A stretch of DNA of 64,000 nucleotides from assembly GCF_009914755.1 (NCBI RefSeq), contig NC_060926.1. The stretch is one strand, 5' to 3'. A program made the translations under genes and the position numbers. The stretch comes from the human T2T-CHM13v2.0 reference genome, Homo sapiens. This document shows, piece after piece, positions 25,503 through 40,374 of this stretch. The notes beneath the pieces were generated by a model, which saw only the letters and a list, made by a program, of their open reading frames with translations, did no database searches and was not told the DNA's origin. Every line of letters begins with the position of its first letter. Position 1 is the first letter of the stretch.

Positions 25503-27164
25503 ACAACCGAAATGTCCATTAACAGATGAATGGATAAAGAAAATGTGGTCATACAAGCAGTGGAATAGTATTCTGTCTTAAAAAAGGAAGGAAATCCTGT
25601 CATATGCTACAACATGAATGAAGCTTGAGGACATTATGCTAAGTGAAATCAGCAAGTTGCAGAATGGCAAATACTTCATGATTCCACTTGTATGAGGAAT
25701 CTGAAGTACTCAAACTCTTGGAAACAGAAAGTAGCTGTCAGGGGTTGGAGACGGGAAAAGCGGGGAGTCTCTGTTCAGTGGGTACAAAGTTTAAGTCATG
25801 CAGGATGAAAAAGTTCTAGAGATCTGTATTACTATATAACACTGTGCATTTGGTTAACAATAATGCACTTAAAAATTTAAGAAGGTAGATTTCATGTTAT
25901 ATATTTTTGTACCACAATAAACAAATAAGTTACTAATGGCCTAAAAAAAGTTGATTGAAGAAGGGACCTTACATCTACTGGTGTCATTTAGGGTCATCAG
26001 GCATGTGGAGTCAGGAATATTTTGGGTCAAGGAATTGATCCCAAGCTCCCCTAATCACACATGGACTAAAGAGTGGGCTTCATATTCTAACAGCTGAAAT
26101 GATTTTGCATCTGGGTCCAAACATCACTAGAACTCCAGTCTGCCAGCCGGCAGCCTGTGGGCTGGGGGCCTAGAGTGCAGACCAGCTGAGCCCAGCACAG
26201 GAGGCAAGCACAGCCCTTAAACAAACAAAACAAACAAAGGAAACCCCTATCCAGACATTCATTCTTCAGGTAACAGAGATTAAGGCAGGGCAGGTTCTTA
26301 ACAGGTGAATGAAATAAACCCACAAAATAAGAGGCATACCAAGAAGGTGTTAAACCAGTTTGGACACTTCATCCAGAGCCTTTGCCACTACCTGCGATGA
26401 CAGCCCAGCAGGGCTCCTTTATCCACAGGTAGCTCCATGCCAGGCCAAACACTCCTCTTTGGGACCTGGCCAGGTGCTTGGTCCCACTCTAATCCACACT
26501 GAGCTCAGAGAGAGCCCCAAGGTGAGACCTGCCTAAACGGGTTCCCGGGCCAGCCAGAGGGTCCTCAGGGACACTGCTCAGCCCTCACCCCAGGGAGATG
26601 GGGACCCAAACGTCTCTCCAGTTCTCCTCAGTCCTCTTTACAGTGAACCAGATGGAGGTAAAGACCAGATGGAGGGGAAACCAAGGAGCCAGAGCCAGGG
26701 CAGGGGCTGGCGATCAGTCAACACAGCCCCTCTCTCCCGGGAAATCTCCAACAGACACCTGCCACTCACCACCCCTGCCACTCACCACCCCTGCCTTCCA
26801 CTGTGGGGCCTTTGGCTTGTGGGGGCCGGCAGGGACAAAAAAAATATATGGAACAGTTGACAGGATACTGTCAGGAGACCTCGGATCTGATCCTTGCTTT
26901 GCCATTTTCTAGCTGCATGACCCCAGGCAACCTCTGCAGGCCCAGCTGCCCTAACCTTAGCAGGGCGTCAGGTTCGACGAGATTCCCCCCCTGTTCCAAG
27001 TGAGTTGATGGTTGACTCTGATGCCATGCTATCACCTGTGCCAACTAAATATCCACAGATTACATCTCTAGGACATTCGGGTTCTTTGGCGCATGATGCA
27101 GGCCAAATCTCCACCCTGGCTTGTGCTATGGAGACACAGGGCAGTGCCTCCCAACAGTGAAGGG

Positions 27165-27345
27165 CACCGCTCTGGAGCCAAACTGCTATATTCTTATGCC
27201 AGTGCTGCCCCCTTTCCATGCCTCGGTCTCCCCATCTGAAAAATGGAGATAAACCCCATCTCATAGAGCTGTTATGAGGATTCAATGAGATGAGTTAGAC
27301 AAAAACTCTCAACAGTGCTGGCACTTGGGAAGTGCACTGTAAGGG
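27165..27345 (+). mobile_element. MIR
   Basis: CCTCGGTCTCCCCATCTGAAAAATGGAGATAA...GTTATGAGGATTCAATGAGATGA. Confidence 0.75.
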
Positions 27346-29279
27346 CGGGCTGTTAGTACCGTTAGTGTGGTGGCTCCTGACGACTTCACCTCCAGGAAAG
27401 TTGAGCCTCGCAGGGAAACTGGGGCTGGGAAAAGGTGGCCTTGGATGTTCTCCTTCACTCTGGCAGGAGAAAATTGGCCTTGTGGCCTGGAGATTGGACC
27501 TCCCTCCCACCCCCGGCTGCAGGGGGTGGTTGGGAACATGCTGTTGACACTGACCAGCCACACCCCATGTCTGCATGGTGCAGCCTGGCAGGCCGGATGT
27601 GGCCTCCTTTCCCAGAGGGCTCGAGCCAGATGCAGCTCGATTACCGTGGAGTGCATTTCAGGCATTGTCGCTATTATCAGCTTCTCACTTTCAGCTGCTG
27701 GATCAGGGGCAGGAGCCTTCCCTTCCTCCCTCTGCCCCATTGCTGGGTGTTTGTTTTCACTGCAGGTGCAGATGTGAACGTCTCCCGTCCTGGAGAAGAG
27801 CCTGCTCAGACCCACCCCAGACATTTCCCCACATCTTCTAAATTGGACTCCAACTGTCACCTCCCAGTTCCAATCCAGAATGAATTTGTCCTGAGTGAGA
27901 GCTGGGAGGTGAGGAAGGGGCTTGGTCACAACTGTCCAGTCCTTGCTACCAGCAGATTGAGGTCTCTGAAGAAAAGAGTCTTTGCTGTGGTGATGACTAA
28001 CACACCAGGAAAGATAAAAGAGAGGGAGAGGAAAATGACAAAGAAGGACAAAACAAAGATTTCTGCTAAAGCTATAAACATTAGCTTTCCCAAATTTGCC
28101 ATTGTCGTCCTACTCCTTTACTCATGCGGCACCCCCTGCCCTTTCCCCATCCTCCCCGAAGCACCCTCCCCTCCTCATGGCACCTCCCCTAATGGACTGT
28201 AAATTCTCTCCCTTCCACACCTAGGTTAGTAAAAATTACTTTTGTCAGATTAATTCCTTAGAGGATGTGGGGGTGGATGGGTGCATACAATTTTGGCTTT
28301 GAACAAACAAACAAACAAACAAACAATTCTTTCATCAAAGTGCTCCAAAGAGAAGTTCTTCCAGGAGAAGGGGACAGTTTGACAGATGGTCCCATATCTT
28401 CCCCAGGTTTCTGTCTCCATTGGCACTGCCCTGTTGTTCTCACTGCCACCAAGTCACCTTGTCTGCCTTGTTCTCTTGCCCAGGTGTGGGCTGTGCCCGC
28501 CAGCCCACTTTGTGGAGCTCAGACAGGCTGGAATTCTCCAAGAATAACCTCACAGGAAATCAACGAAATGAACAAAGAGAATACGAACAGCTGAACAACA
28601 GACGTGCTTACTGAATGCAGGTACCTAATCCTAAAACAACCAAAGTCTCGCCACCATGGCTGGCCAGGTCTGGGTTCCTCCCCGCCTACTCCTAGACCCC
28701 GCCAGAAAAGACCCTCCCAAGTAAAGCTTTTTGATATCCCCCACCCCCTGCAGCCCCCAGCCCAGAAGTTGGTAAAAGAAAGGATAGGTGGTGTGCATAG
28801 CGCAACAAACAGCTGGCGTTGGGTCTGAGTCAAGGTCCAAGGGTGGGTGGGGAGCAGAACCCTGCTCCTGGGAATCCTCCCCCTGCCAAAACTTGGGAGT
28901 TTTACTAACCTGGGTACGGTAGCGGGGAAGCCACCCTCACCCCCCAACTTGGTGTGATTTTTGGAGAAGCGAACCCAGCGAGGGGATGGGGGTGGTGAAG
29001 CCAGGCTTGGAGCTGAAGCTGAGGTCTAAAGTTTGGGGGCAGGTGCCTGCCTCCAGTTCTGCCTCTGTCACTCTGGCCCCCTCTTCTCTGGGCCTCAGTT
29101 TCCCCGTTGGTAAAAGGAGGAAGTTTGAGTAGGTGATCTTTGAAGTCTTTTTCACCTCTAGCATTTTCCAGTTTTTCAATTCTGTCTCTTTGACCACCAG
29201 TTCCTACAAGTTAGAAAACTCCAGTCCACCCAGATAGGTCTCAGTAAAGATGTAAACTCCCAACACAAGAGTGACAGCT

Positions 29280-29500
29280 AACCTTCCTGCATGTTGACCA
29301 GGTGACAGAAACCACTATAGCTACTTTATCTGTGTTGGCTCATTTCCTCCTCACAGGAGCCCAAGCCTCGTATCCCCCTTTCACAGATGAGAAACTGTAG
29401 CAGAAAGAGGTTAAGACATGTACCAACATCCCAGGTGGTAAGATAAAGGACGAGGCCTCAGGCAGTGTGCTCCAGAGGCTGTGCTCTGACCCCCCAACCC
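29280..29500 (-). mobile_element. MIR
   Basis: CCCCCTTTCACAGATGAGAAACTG...AGAGGTTAAG antisense core. Confidence 0.65.
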
Positions 29501-29544
29501 AGACTACACTTCTTCTTCATAGATGAGTGACTATAACGCCTCTA

Positions 29545-30030
29545 ATAGACACAACAAGCCAAAGGTGCAAACAACCCAGATGTCCATCAACAGACAAATG
29601 GTTAAACAAAACTTTCAGTGGAATATTATTCAGCCTTAAAAAGGAATGAAGTTCTGATCCATGCTACAACATGGGTGAACCTTGAAAACATTATAACTTT
29701 ATATGCTTTTAACATTATAAGCTTTAAAATATTATAAGGCTAAGTTAAACATGCCCAGCCACAAAGGACCAACACTGTATGATTCTACTTACATGAAATA
29801 TCTAAAATGGACCAATTTATACAGACAGAGAATAGATTACAGGTTATCAGGTGCAGGGGAGAAGGAGGGATGGGGGAGTAATTGAAAGAGAGTTGCTGTT
29901 TGGGATGATGAAAAAGGTCTAGAAATGGATGGTGGTGATGGTTGTACAACAGTACGAATGTACTTAATGCCACTGAATTGTATACTCAAAAATGGTTGAA
30001 ATGGTAAATGCTGTGCCACATTAAAAACAA
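29545..30030 (+). mobile_element. L1MB3-like 3' end
   Basis: GATGATGAAAAAGGTCTAGAAATGGATGGTGGTGATGGTTGTACAAC...AATGCCACTGAATTGTA. Confidence 0.85.
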
Positions 30031-30035
30031 ATTTT

Positions 30036-30388
<353 letters not shown>

Positions 30389-31170
30389 CTACTGTGCTCA
30401 GTGACTTACAGGCTCTGCCTCGTGTAACCTTTACAGCCACCCTGTGAAGGAAGCTCCCCTGTCATGCCACCCACTTCACAGGCAAGACGGCCAAGGCTCA
30501 GGGAACAGATTCCCTCAGGACCCATGGGTAGTGAGCGGCAGAGGGGACACATACACCCAGGTAATGCTGAGAGCAAACTCAGAGAGGAAGGTAGAGGACA
30601 ATCTGAGAAGGCTACGAACAAGCTGAGACGAACCAGGGCGTGGGGCCCATACCCTACCTGTGCCTGCCAGGTGCCAAATTCCACATTTATCTTTTCTCAC
30701 ATTTCTCCCTGTATTCGTTTTGTGTTTTCTTCCCTGTTTTACATCCAAGCAACACCTTTCTGCCTCATTCCTCCACTGATATCACTGCCTCTGCCTTGTG
30801 TGCTCAAGACACCTCCCATTCGCCATCCCCCCAACCCCCCGCCGCCACAGCATGGCAGGACAGCCTGTTGGGTTTTGGGGGCGGGAGGGAGCATAGGCCT
30901 GTGAAGCCTCATTCTATGCTGAGGGGGAAAGAGGCCCAGATCTCCACTACAGGGGACAAGAAGCGAGCAGCTCCTCCCACACCCCCACTGAGGAGACTCC
31001 CAAGGCTAGGGGCAGCTGGCTGATGGTTGAGTGTCCCCAGGAGAACCTCAGGGAAACTGGCTGGGTGACTCCATGGGATGCCAGGCCCTGGTGCGTTACT
31101 AGTTTCGCCCAGTCTTGGCTGACCCCCTATGTGAGCAGTGTCAGGGCAGTGAGTTTCCTTTGCCCCTTAA

Positions 31171-31643
31171 CTTTTTCTGTTTAGAAAAAAAAAGTGCAGC
31201 TCGCTGCAAGCCTCATTTAATTTTACATAAACATGCTCTTTGAGGCTGAAGCAAATAGACTGATTTTCAATGCGAAAATAAAATATAAAAACTGTTCTTG
31301 GAGTCATTTCTAAACACAACTAACCCTGGAATCATCTGTTTCAGAAAACTCAGATTCATCAAATGAATCTTTGGCCAAAAATTGTCCAAGAACGATATTA
31401 ACATCACTCATAAGAATGCTACGTTTTCAAGGATTTGACATTTTCAGCAATCGAGAATTGCTATACATTGTGAATGGAAATACCACTACTAAAAACAGAA
31501 TGCTACAAATAGAATGATGGCTTTTGTTGCCAAAGTCGACAACAATAATAACAGCGAGATATTCTGTGGCAAAGTTATCTTGGGGTAAACGTTGCAGCTG
31601 CAAGCGCTGCCGGCAAGTATTCTCAGGGCAAACAGGAAAAGGG
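31171..31643 (-). mobile_element. MER75 piggyBac MITE (PGBD4-related)
   Basis: TTAA on both flanks (31167-31170, 31644-31647); TIRs CTTTTTCTGTTT / AAACAGGAAAAGGG; minus strand from 31441 reads [37 protein letters not shown], like the PGBD4 N-terminus. Confidence 0.92.
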
Positions 31644-32089
31644 TTAAATAACTGAGAAGTGCCTGTTCCCACCGAGGCACGTGACATTTTGCATGCAGGT
31701 CACCCAGAAAAGCCAAGCACATCTACACACAGACTGCCTCACTCATGTTCAGTTTGTAGCCCCCACCTAAGGCATTAGCCTGGCCCCGAAGGGCCTTAGA
31801 AACTCCTCACATGAAAAAGCTCAGGCAAAACTGTCAGATGACAAAGGCTGTGATTGTGGGGGCTGGAGGGGATTTTTGTATGTCTACGACTTGCTCTCCC
31901 CACCTGGCATCCCCCGAGACATTTCTGCGGCATTCTGTTCCCCCTGCACCCTGCAGCCTGTGACCCAGATGTCTGCGGATGAGCTGTGACTCCCCTCAGC
32001 TGGGATAAATGCCTAGTTTATCCCAAGAAGGGTGACCACTTCCAGATGATAGATTTCAAACGTAGGCTTCCATGCCCTCAGTAGAGTCA

Positions 32090-32325
32090 CTATTGCCTAA
32101 CAGAGAGGACTCTGGTGTCCAGCTTCTGGGGTCTGACTCCTGACTCTATCACTGAGCAGCCCATGGATCTTGAGCAAAGCTGTGGCTGAATTTTCCTCAT
32201 TTATAAACTAGAGCTGATGATATTACCTACCTTGTATATTTAAGAGAATTAAATGGGATGAAGCATATAAAGTATTTAAACCAGTGCCTGGCACAAAGGT
32301 CCTATTTAATCTATATTGGCTATCA
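32090..32325 (+). mobile_element. MIR
   Basis: TTTTCCTCATTTATAAA...ACCTACCTTG...GAGAATTAAATGGGATGA...CAGTGCCTGGCACA. Confidence 0.7.
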
Positions 32326-32594
32326 TAATGGCAGACAGACATTGTTAGTCAGTCAGCCTCAGCCCCAGATTCCTTCTCAATATAAGTAGCAAAGTAAAGC
32401 ATCCAGGCTAGAAGATGTCTAACTTTGCTTTCAGCTTGAGAATTTTCTGACTGGTAGTATCGTTCCCTTCTCCCTGAGCTGGGACTCCTCTACTCCACCC
32501 GTCTCCTATTATGCTAATGCAAGAACAACTACCCTGCATCCACCCCCAACACGCACTTTAGATCCAAAATTGGTCCCCGGTTTTCCCATGCATA

Positions 32595-33925
<1,331 letters not shown>

Positions 33926-33944
33926 CTGAATAACTTTTGTATTT

Positions 33945-34465
33945 GATATGAGAAGCAGAGGCAAAAATATCATGATTTGTAGATGACATGACTGTATATC
34001 CTGAAAACCCAAGAGGACCTATTGAAAAACTGTTGAAAACAAGAGAATTCGGTAATAAATCCAGTTATTAAATTAATATACAGTAAACAATAGCCTTTAT
34101 AGAAATAAATATGTAACAGAAGATATAGTAGAAGAAAAGGCCCTATTTTCAATAGCAACAATAGTATAAAATACATGAAAATAACTTAAAAATTTCAAGA
34201 AATATGTGAAGGAAACTTTAAAATACTCCTGGGGACGCAAAAGGAGCTTGAAAAGAATAAAAGGTATATTATATTGTTAGATATGGAGATTCCACATCAT
34301 GAAAATTTCAATTTTCTATTCAGTTATTTTATAAATAATGTAAATCTAATATGATTGCAATAAAGACACCTATAGGACCTTTTTCATGGAACTAGAACAG
34401 CTGATTGTAAAGTTCATATTAAAAAATAAACAAACAAGTATAGCCATAAAAACCGGGGAAAAAAG
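33945..34465 (+). mobile_element. L1ME-type ORF2 fragment
   Basis: TTTGTAGATGACATGACTGTATATCCTGAAAACCCAAG (FADDM-like); heavily diverged. Confidence 0.7.
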
Positions 34466-35092
34466 GGTAGTGGGCAAGCTTTGGAGTGAAAATCAAGAAA
34501 CCAGGGCTCTAGGCCCAGCTCCGCCCTAACAAATGGAAGGACGATTCATCATTTCTATTGGGACTGCAGTTTCCTCATCAGCAAAGTAAAATATCCATGT
34601 TAGACAATGTCAAACCTTGCTTTCAACTCTAGAATTTTCTGATTGATTCTGTTACAAGACTGCGAGTTCAAATACTCCAGACTTGGCCAGTGCCACGTCC
34701 ACTCTAAATAAGTCAGGACAGCTTAGCTTGGCAAGGCAACTAAGAGAATGCTTGGCCGTGTAGATGAGCTTCTGGGACACCAGGGAGGCCCTTTGCCAAT
34801 AAGCAGGCTTAGCCTTATTCCCATTCTGTTTCTGGCATTGCTCTATGGGGTTTAGATGGTTGATTTGCCCTGGCCTCTCTCTCCATTTCCTGCCCACTGA
34901 AGAAGTAAGCAATGTATTTGGGTCTTGATGCAGTTCCTCTGAGATCCTTTCTTAGAAGCCAATATGAATAAGAGAGGGGAGAAGAACAGGGGAGCACAGA
35001 GACTCCACCAAGGGAGGGTGAGCCACCCAGGGGAAAAGAGAAAATGGAGGCACAGAAAACCAACACTGCAGATCTCTTAGTCCCAGAGAGAC

Positions 35093-35454
35093 TGATACAG
35101 TTTGGCTGTGTCCCCACCCAAATCTCATCTTGAATTGTAGCTCCCATCATTCCCACATGTGGTGGGAGGGACCCCGTGGGAGATAACTGAATCACGGAGG
35201 CAGCTTCCCACAGACTGTTCTCATGGTAGTGAATAACTCTCACAAGATCTGATGGTTTTATAGGGGGAAACCCCTTTTGCTTGGCTCTCATTCTCTCTTG
35301 TCTGCCGCCATGTAAGATGTGCCTTTCACCTTCTGCTGTGATCGTCAGGCCTCCCTAGCCACGTGAAACTGTGAGTCCATTAAACTTCTTTTTCTTTATA
35401 AATTACCCAGTTTAGGGTATGTCTTTATCAGCAGCATGAAAATGTACTAATACA
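35093..35454 (+). mobile_element. THE1A/B MaLR solo LTR
   Basis: TGATACAGTTTGGCTGTGTCCCCACCCAAATCTC...ACTAATACA; TSD GAGAC/GAGTC. Confidence 0.93.
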
Positions 35455-37325
35455 GAGTCCATTCCAAGAGGATTACCCCCATTTAGCCTGATATTGGAAA
35501 CATACACTTAAGCAGAGAACCCAGATAAAGGTCAAAACCTAAACTTAAAGTGAAATTAAATAAATTAATACCTTTATATAAAAAAGAACACATGCATCAT
35601 CAACTAAGTATTTGTTGCTTTGAACACAGTAGAATAATTTGCACAAGAAGAAAAGGAAAACTATCTTCTCTACCCAGACAGGAAGGACTTTTTAGGGAAA
35701 GGAAGCTGTAAAAGAATTCCTTGAAGGAACAAGAAGATAATACTTGACAAAGCTTGCTAGGATTTGCTTTCTCCAAAATCCAGAGAAGACGTAGGAGAGA
35801 GCGATGAGAGTGTGACAAGAGAGCAAATAAAAAGTTGAAGCTTCACTTGAAGATAGGGAGGAGCCGAGGAACTGGGGAAGAAATACTAGCCACCATGGCC
35901 AAGCACAGTGAAAGGTTCTGTAAGTGTACTGACATAAAGTAGGTTAGACAACTCTTTTTTTCCCCTGGGAGTGGGACAATTCCCTAATACCAGGGCCCTG
36001 CAGGGAGTTTTGGAGGTGACATTCTGGGGACTGGCATAATTCCCTATGATATCATTGCAGGACATCTAGGGAGCTGGGGGTCTGATCACCTCCCAGCATT
36101 CTTTACCTAACCTCGGAAATGTTCATGCTATTATACTGCTAGTGGCCGAGCAATGACTTGAATTTAGGTCAACTCAAGTAATTGCTAAACTTCTACCATG
36201 AGTCCAGGTTCATGCTAAGGACTCCCGTAAACAGAAAAGAAGCCAGAGTATGGTCCTTGCTGTTTAAGGAGTTTACAGCTGGAAAAAATTATAATTCCAT
36301 ATTGGAAAAATGATGATTTGTAAAATTCACCCAAGTCTAGCATTCAATGTAAAAATGGGTAGAATAGTGAGTGAAGCAGGAGTTCAAAGGGTCAGAGGAC
36401 TGAGTGGCCAGGGCAGACTTTACAGAGAAGGTGGAACTTGACCCTGCTCCACGTCTGTGACAGGAAGGCCTGTCTTCCTTCCCGTCTGCCCCCAGGCATG
36501 CAAGGACCAAGCCAGGGTCAAGGAGTGGAAGAGCAGCTTATCCTCCAGAAGCCTAGAGGTGAGGCTCTAAGTGGGAACTTTCTCCTGGCCTATCTTTTTC
36601 AGTGCTGTTTGTTTGGCAAGGGAACAGATTTTCCTGTTACAACAGCCAAAAAACAGAAAATAAATCAAGGAAAGAGTGGCAAGGACCAGCCTGGAAATGA
36701 AGTTAAAATATCTAGGCTTGCTGAAGACAACCACAAAATGGTTTTCTCCTCAAAGTGGCTGCACAGCTTAGAGGGACGGCAGATCAGACTGCTCTAATGG
36801 ATCTAGGGACATATTCTTCTCCCTGACAACTCCACCCACACCTCTTCCCACCCTATTTCCTCCAAAAGCCTTTTGCAGATGGTGCCTCTTAGTTCCCAGA
36901 ACCAGTCTGGAGCAGTGATTAAAGGACCAAAATTCCAGGAACCATTTTTTTTTCTTGTTGTACAGTTTGGCAAATGCTTCAGCTATGCTAAGACACAGTG
37001 AACCATTTAAGAGTGACAATCAAGATGCTGGAGGGAAATTAAGGATTCCACTGAGCATGGGGCCAGTCTTCAAAAAAGTGGTTGTTAGTGAAAAGAAAGG
37101 ATTCTGTGAACACTCTTTCTGGGCACCCTTCATCCCCATAGGCACTCAGGCCACACTTTTGCCTCCTTGGATCCCTCCTTCCTTTCCCTATTCCTATGGA
37201 TAAGAATCATTTCCATTACTACCAGGTCTCTACATATTCCAGATTTATAATATAACCATGAAAAAATATATAATGAAAGTCTCAGAACCTTATAGGATCA
37301 GATAACCACAAATAGTTCTCTATAC

Positions 37326-37660
37326 CAGGGGTTCCCAACCCCTGGGCTGCAGACCAGTACCAGTCCGTGGCCTGCTGGGAATCAGGCCACACAGCAGGAG
37401 GTGAGCAGCTGGCCAGGGAGCCTTACCACCTGAGCTCCGCCTCCTGTTAGATCAGCAGCAGGATTAGATTCTCATAGGAGCACAAACCCTATTGTGAACT
37501 GTGCAAGCGAGTGATCTAGGTTGCACACTCGTTAGGATAATCTAATGCCCAGTGATCTGAGGTGGAACAATTTCATCCCAAAACCACTCCTCCTTCACCT
37601 TCTGTGGAAAAATTGTCTTCCACAAACTGGTCCCTGGTACGTAAAAGTTGGGGACTGCTG
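37326..37660 (+). mobile_element. MER1B, full length
   Basis: CAGGGGTTCCCAACC...GTTGGGGACTGCTG with perfect 8-bp TSD CTCTATAC. Confidence 0.95.
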
Positions 37661-37929
37661 CTCTATACAACATCCAACATTCCACTGAAAAGCCACCAGG
37701 TCATCTTTTGCCCATCTCAGTCTTTCACAATGTTTCCTGACATTGGAGAAGCTCTCTCAGAATGCAGAGCTAAAGAACAAACATATCAAAACAATTAGAG
37801 AGAATATAAAGGTAAAAGACAGAAAATAGAAATCATACCTGTGAATTCTACGTGATTTGAAGAAGAAATGAGGACAATAAAGTACTGACCTAAAAAGGTT
37901 TGTAAATTGAAGAGACTCCTTCATCCAGA

Positions 37930-38372
37930 CTGAATTAGTCACCCAGGGCTGCTGTAACAAACTGAGTGGGTTAAAACAACCGAAATTTATTCTCTCATGG
38001 TTCTGGAGGCTGGAAGCCCCAAAGCAACATGTCAGCAGGGCCATGCTTTCTCCAAAGGCTCTAGGGAGGAATACTTCCTTGCCTCTTCCAGCTTCTGGAA
38101 GCTTCCTTGCCTCTTCCAGCTTCTTGGCTTGTGGCAGAATCACTCCAATCTCTGCCTCTGTCCTCACTTGGCCTCCCCTGTGTGTCTCTTGATGCATTCT
38201 CTCTTTAGAAGGACACAGTCATTGGATTTAGGGACCATCATGAAACCAGTATGATTTCTTCTTGAGATCTTCTAACTACTTCCATCTGCAAATAACTTAT
38301 TTTCAAATAAGTTCATATTCTGAGGTTCTGGTGGACACGAATTTTGAGGGACATTACTCAACCTGCTATACA
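37930..38372 (-). mobile_element. MLT1C MaLR LTR
   Basis: GGGCTGCTGTAACAAA...TTAAAACAACCGAAATTTATTCTCTCA...TTCTGGAGGCTGGAAG. Confidence 0.85.
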
Positions 38373-38904
38373 GAACAAATCAATTAAGACACCGATAGGT
38401 AGACATATCTTGGCAAGATTCTGGAAATAGAGGGATATTTCCTGTCCTGGCCCCATTGTTAGCTCTAGTCTTTTTCATGTTTTCATCTTCCCCGAGCCTA
38501 TCGGGCTCCAATTGTGGTTTTGCTTGCCTTTGTGTCCAGCCTATGCACATTCTTGTTGGCAAAGGGAAGTGGAGAGAGGTGGAGGAGGCCAGGAGTATCA
38601 ATAGATGCACAGCTTTTCTCTATACATTTTTGTCCTCTCCTGCCTCGGGGTCTAAACTGATGCCGCTGAGCAGGGATTGATGAGGATGGGTGTGTCAGGG
38701 GAGGTACAGGCTACCTGGATACTTCCCAGACTTTTAGGGCAATGTATGCTATTTCTAATTTTTTATTATCAACAACATAGTAGTGAACAATTTTACACAT
38801 ATTTTCTTTGAAACACTTATAATTTCTGTCACTGCATATAGAGTGAGACTTTTCTTCTTAACTCATAGAGCAACCAGGACACAAAACTGAGAACAAAGAA
38901 ACTT

Positions 38905-39016
38905 CAAAATTTTTAAGATGGCTCCCAATGATCTCTGCCTCTCAGTATTCATGCCCTTATGTAATCTCCTCCTCTTAAGTGTGAACAGGACCTGGTGACT
39001 TGCTTCCAACAAATAG
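38905..39016 (+). mobile_element. MLT1E/F LTR 5' fragment
   Basis: AAGATGGCTCCCAATGATC...GTATTCATGCCCTTATGTAATC...GTGACTTGCTTCCAAC. Confidence 0.65.
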
Positions 39017-39911
39017 ACCCTTATAGGGGTGTGTTTTAGTCTGTTTAGGCTGCTGTAACAAAATGCCATAAGCTGGGTAACTCATAAACAACAGAAATGT
39101 ATTTCTTACAGTTCTGGAGGATGGGAAGTCCAAGATCAAGGCACGGGTAGATTGCTGCATCTGGGGAGGGCACCTTCTCACTGCGTCCTCACATTGCGGA
39201 AGAGCAAGGCATCTGTCTGAGGCCTCTTTTAAAATGGCACTATTCTCATTCATGAGGGGTGTGCCCCCATGATCTAGCCACCTTCCAAAGACCCCACCTC
39301 CTAATATGATCACATTTATGCTTAGGTTTTCAACATCTGAATGTTGAGGGAACACAAACATTTAGACCATAGCAGGGAGGGAAGACCTTCTTCACTCTCC
39401 AACGTTCAATAACTGGGTCTATAAAATAAACTGATGACAGGCAGGTCAAAAGGACAAAGGTATACAAATTCATTAATTTGTAACACCACATGCAGGGGGT
39501 CATCACAGGGGAAAAAAGTGAATACCCAAAAAATGATGACATTTAAGAATTTATATATCATCAATAGGGGAAGGAGAGGGAGGACATAGGCCACTCTGGA
39601 GAGAGTAAATGATTTTTAAGAAAGATGCATGGGCCCTTAGAATAATGGATGGTAGATATGTTAGCTTAGGGCAGTTCATCTGGGTGTGGTGTTGACTTCT
39701 AGTCTCTGCTCCTGTGATAAGGGTAAATCTTCCTCAGTTGATGAAACCCCTGCAGAGGGATTTAGGACACTTGAGTTCCTTTTGGGGCATCTGTCTTCAG
39801 GCAGATTAAGGGAGTTCAGAGAAAGCATCTCCTTGTGTGTACGGCTTTTCAAGTGCCTTCAGCTCAAGATAAGCAATGGACATATTTTGAGCATATTACT
39901 GAACTCCTTCA
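39017..39911 (-). mobile_element. MER34-family ERV1 LTR (interrupted by MLT1A0)
   Basis: Ends TGCCTTCAGCTCAAGATAA...CTGAACTCCTTCA, the reverse complement of the MER34-type start TGAAGG...GAGCTGAAGGCA. Confidence 0.7.
39032..39374 (-). mobile_element. MLT1A0 MaLR solo LTR
   Basis: TGTTTTAGTC...GACCATAGCA termini; TSD GGGTG/GGGAG. Confidence 0.88.
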
Positions 39912-40374
39912 ACTCCTTGTAGGAAGTGATAGAGCATACTTTTCCCCAAAGGATCCAGCCTGTGCCTGGCTCTCAAACAATTTTTGGTGAGTGGCATTAT
40001 ATGTGGAAGGTGAGAGGCAATGTGGTCTTCTTACAGATCTGGCCATACTGTCACTCTTAGGGTTAGACCAATGGTCTTCAAACCAAGGCATGATGCCTGG
40101 CCAGGGGTAACCCAAGACTTCCCAAAAGATATATAAAGACAGGTCATTTTAAGGGAATCTAATTCTAGATATTCGACTTCTATGACTATCTTTCCTAAGA
40201 ATGTCTCATGGTCAGGGCTTCTGTGGGTTTTCCTTTCCCACTTCCCTTTTGCAGTTCCACTTCACAAAAGAAAGGGATCCCCCTAAACTGTCCTGAGCCT
40301 TAATTAGTATAGTGCATTGTTCCCAGGAGATTAAAACCTCCAGAGTATCAAATGAAGGAACACAATAAGATATG

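Noticed and set aside
27435-28202. Longest ORF (255 aa) and the antisense 206-aa ORF
   Set aside because: GTG start, no recognisable domain, Pro/Ser-rich composition and open frames on both strands, which is typical of GC-richer non-coding DNA
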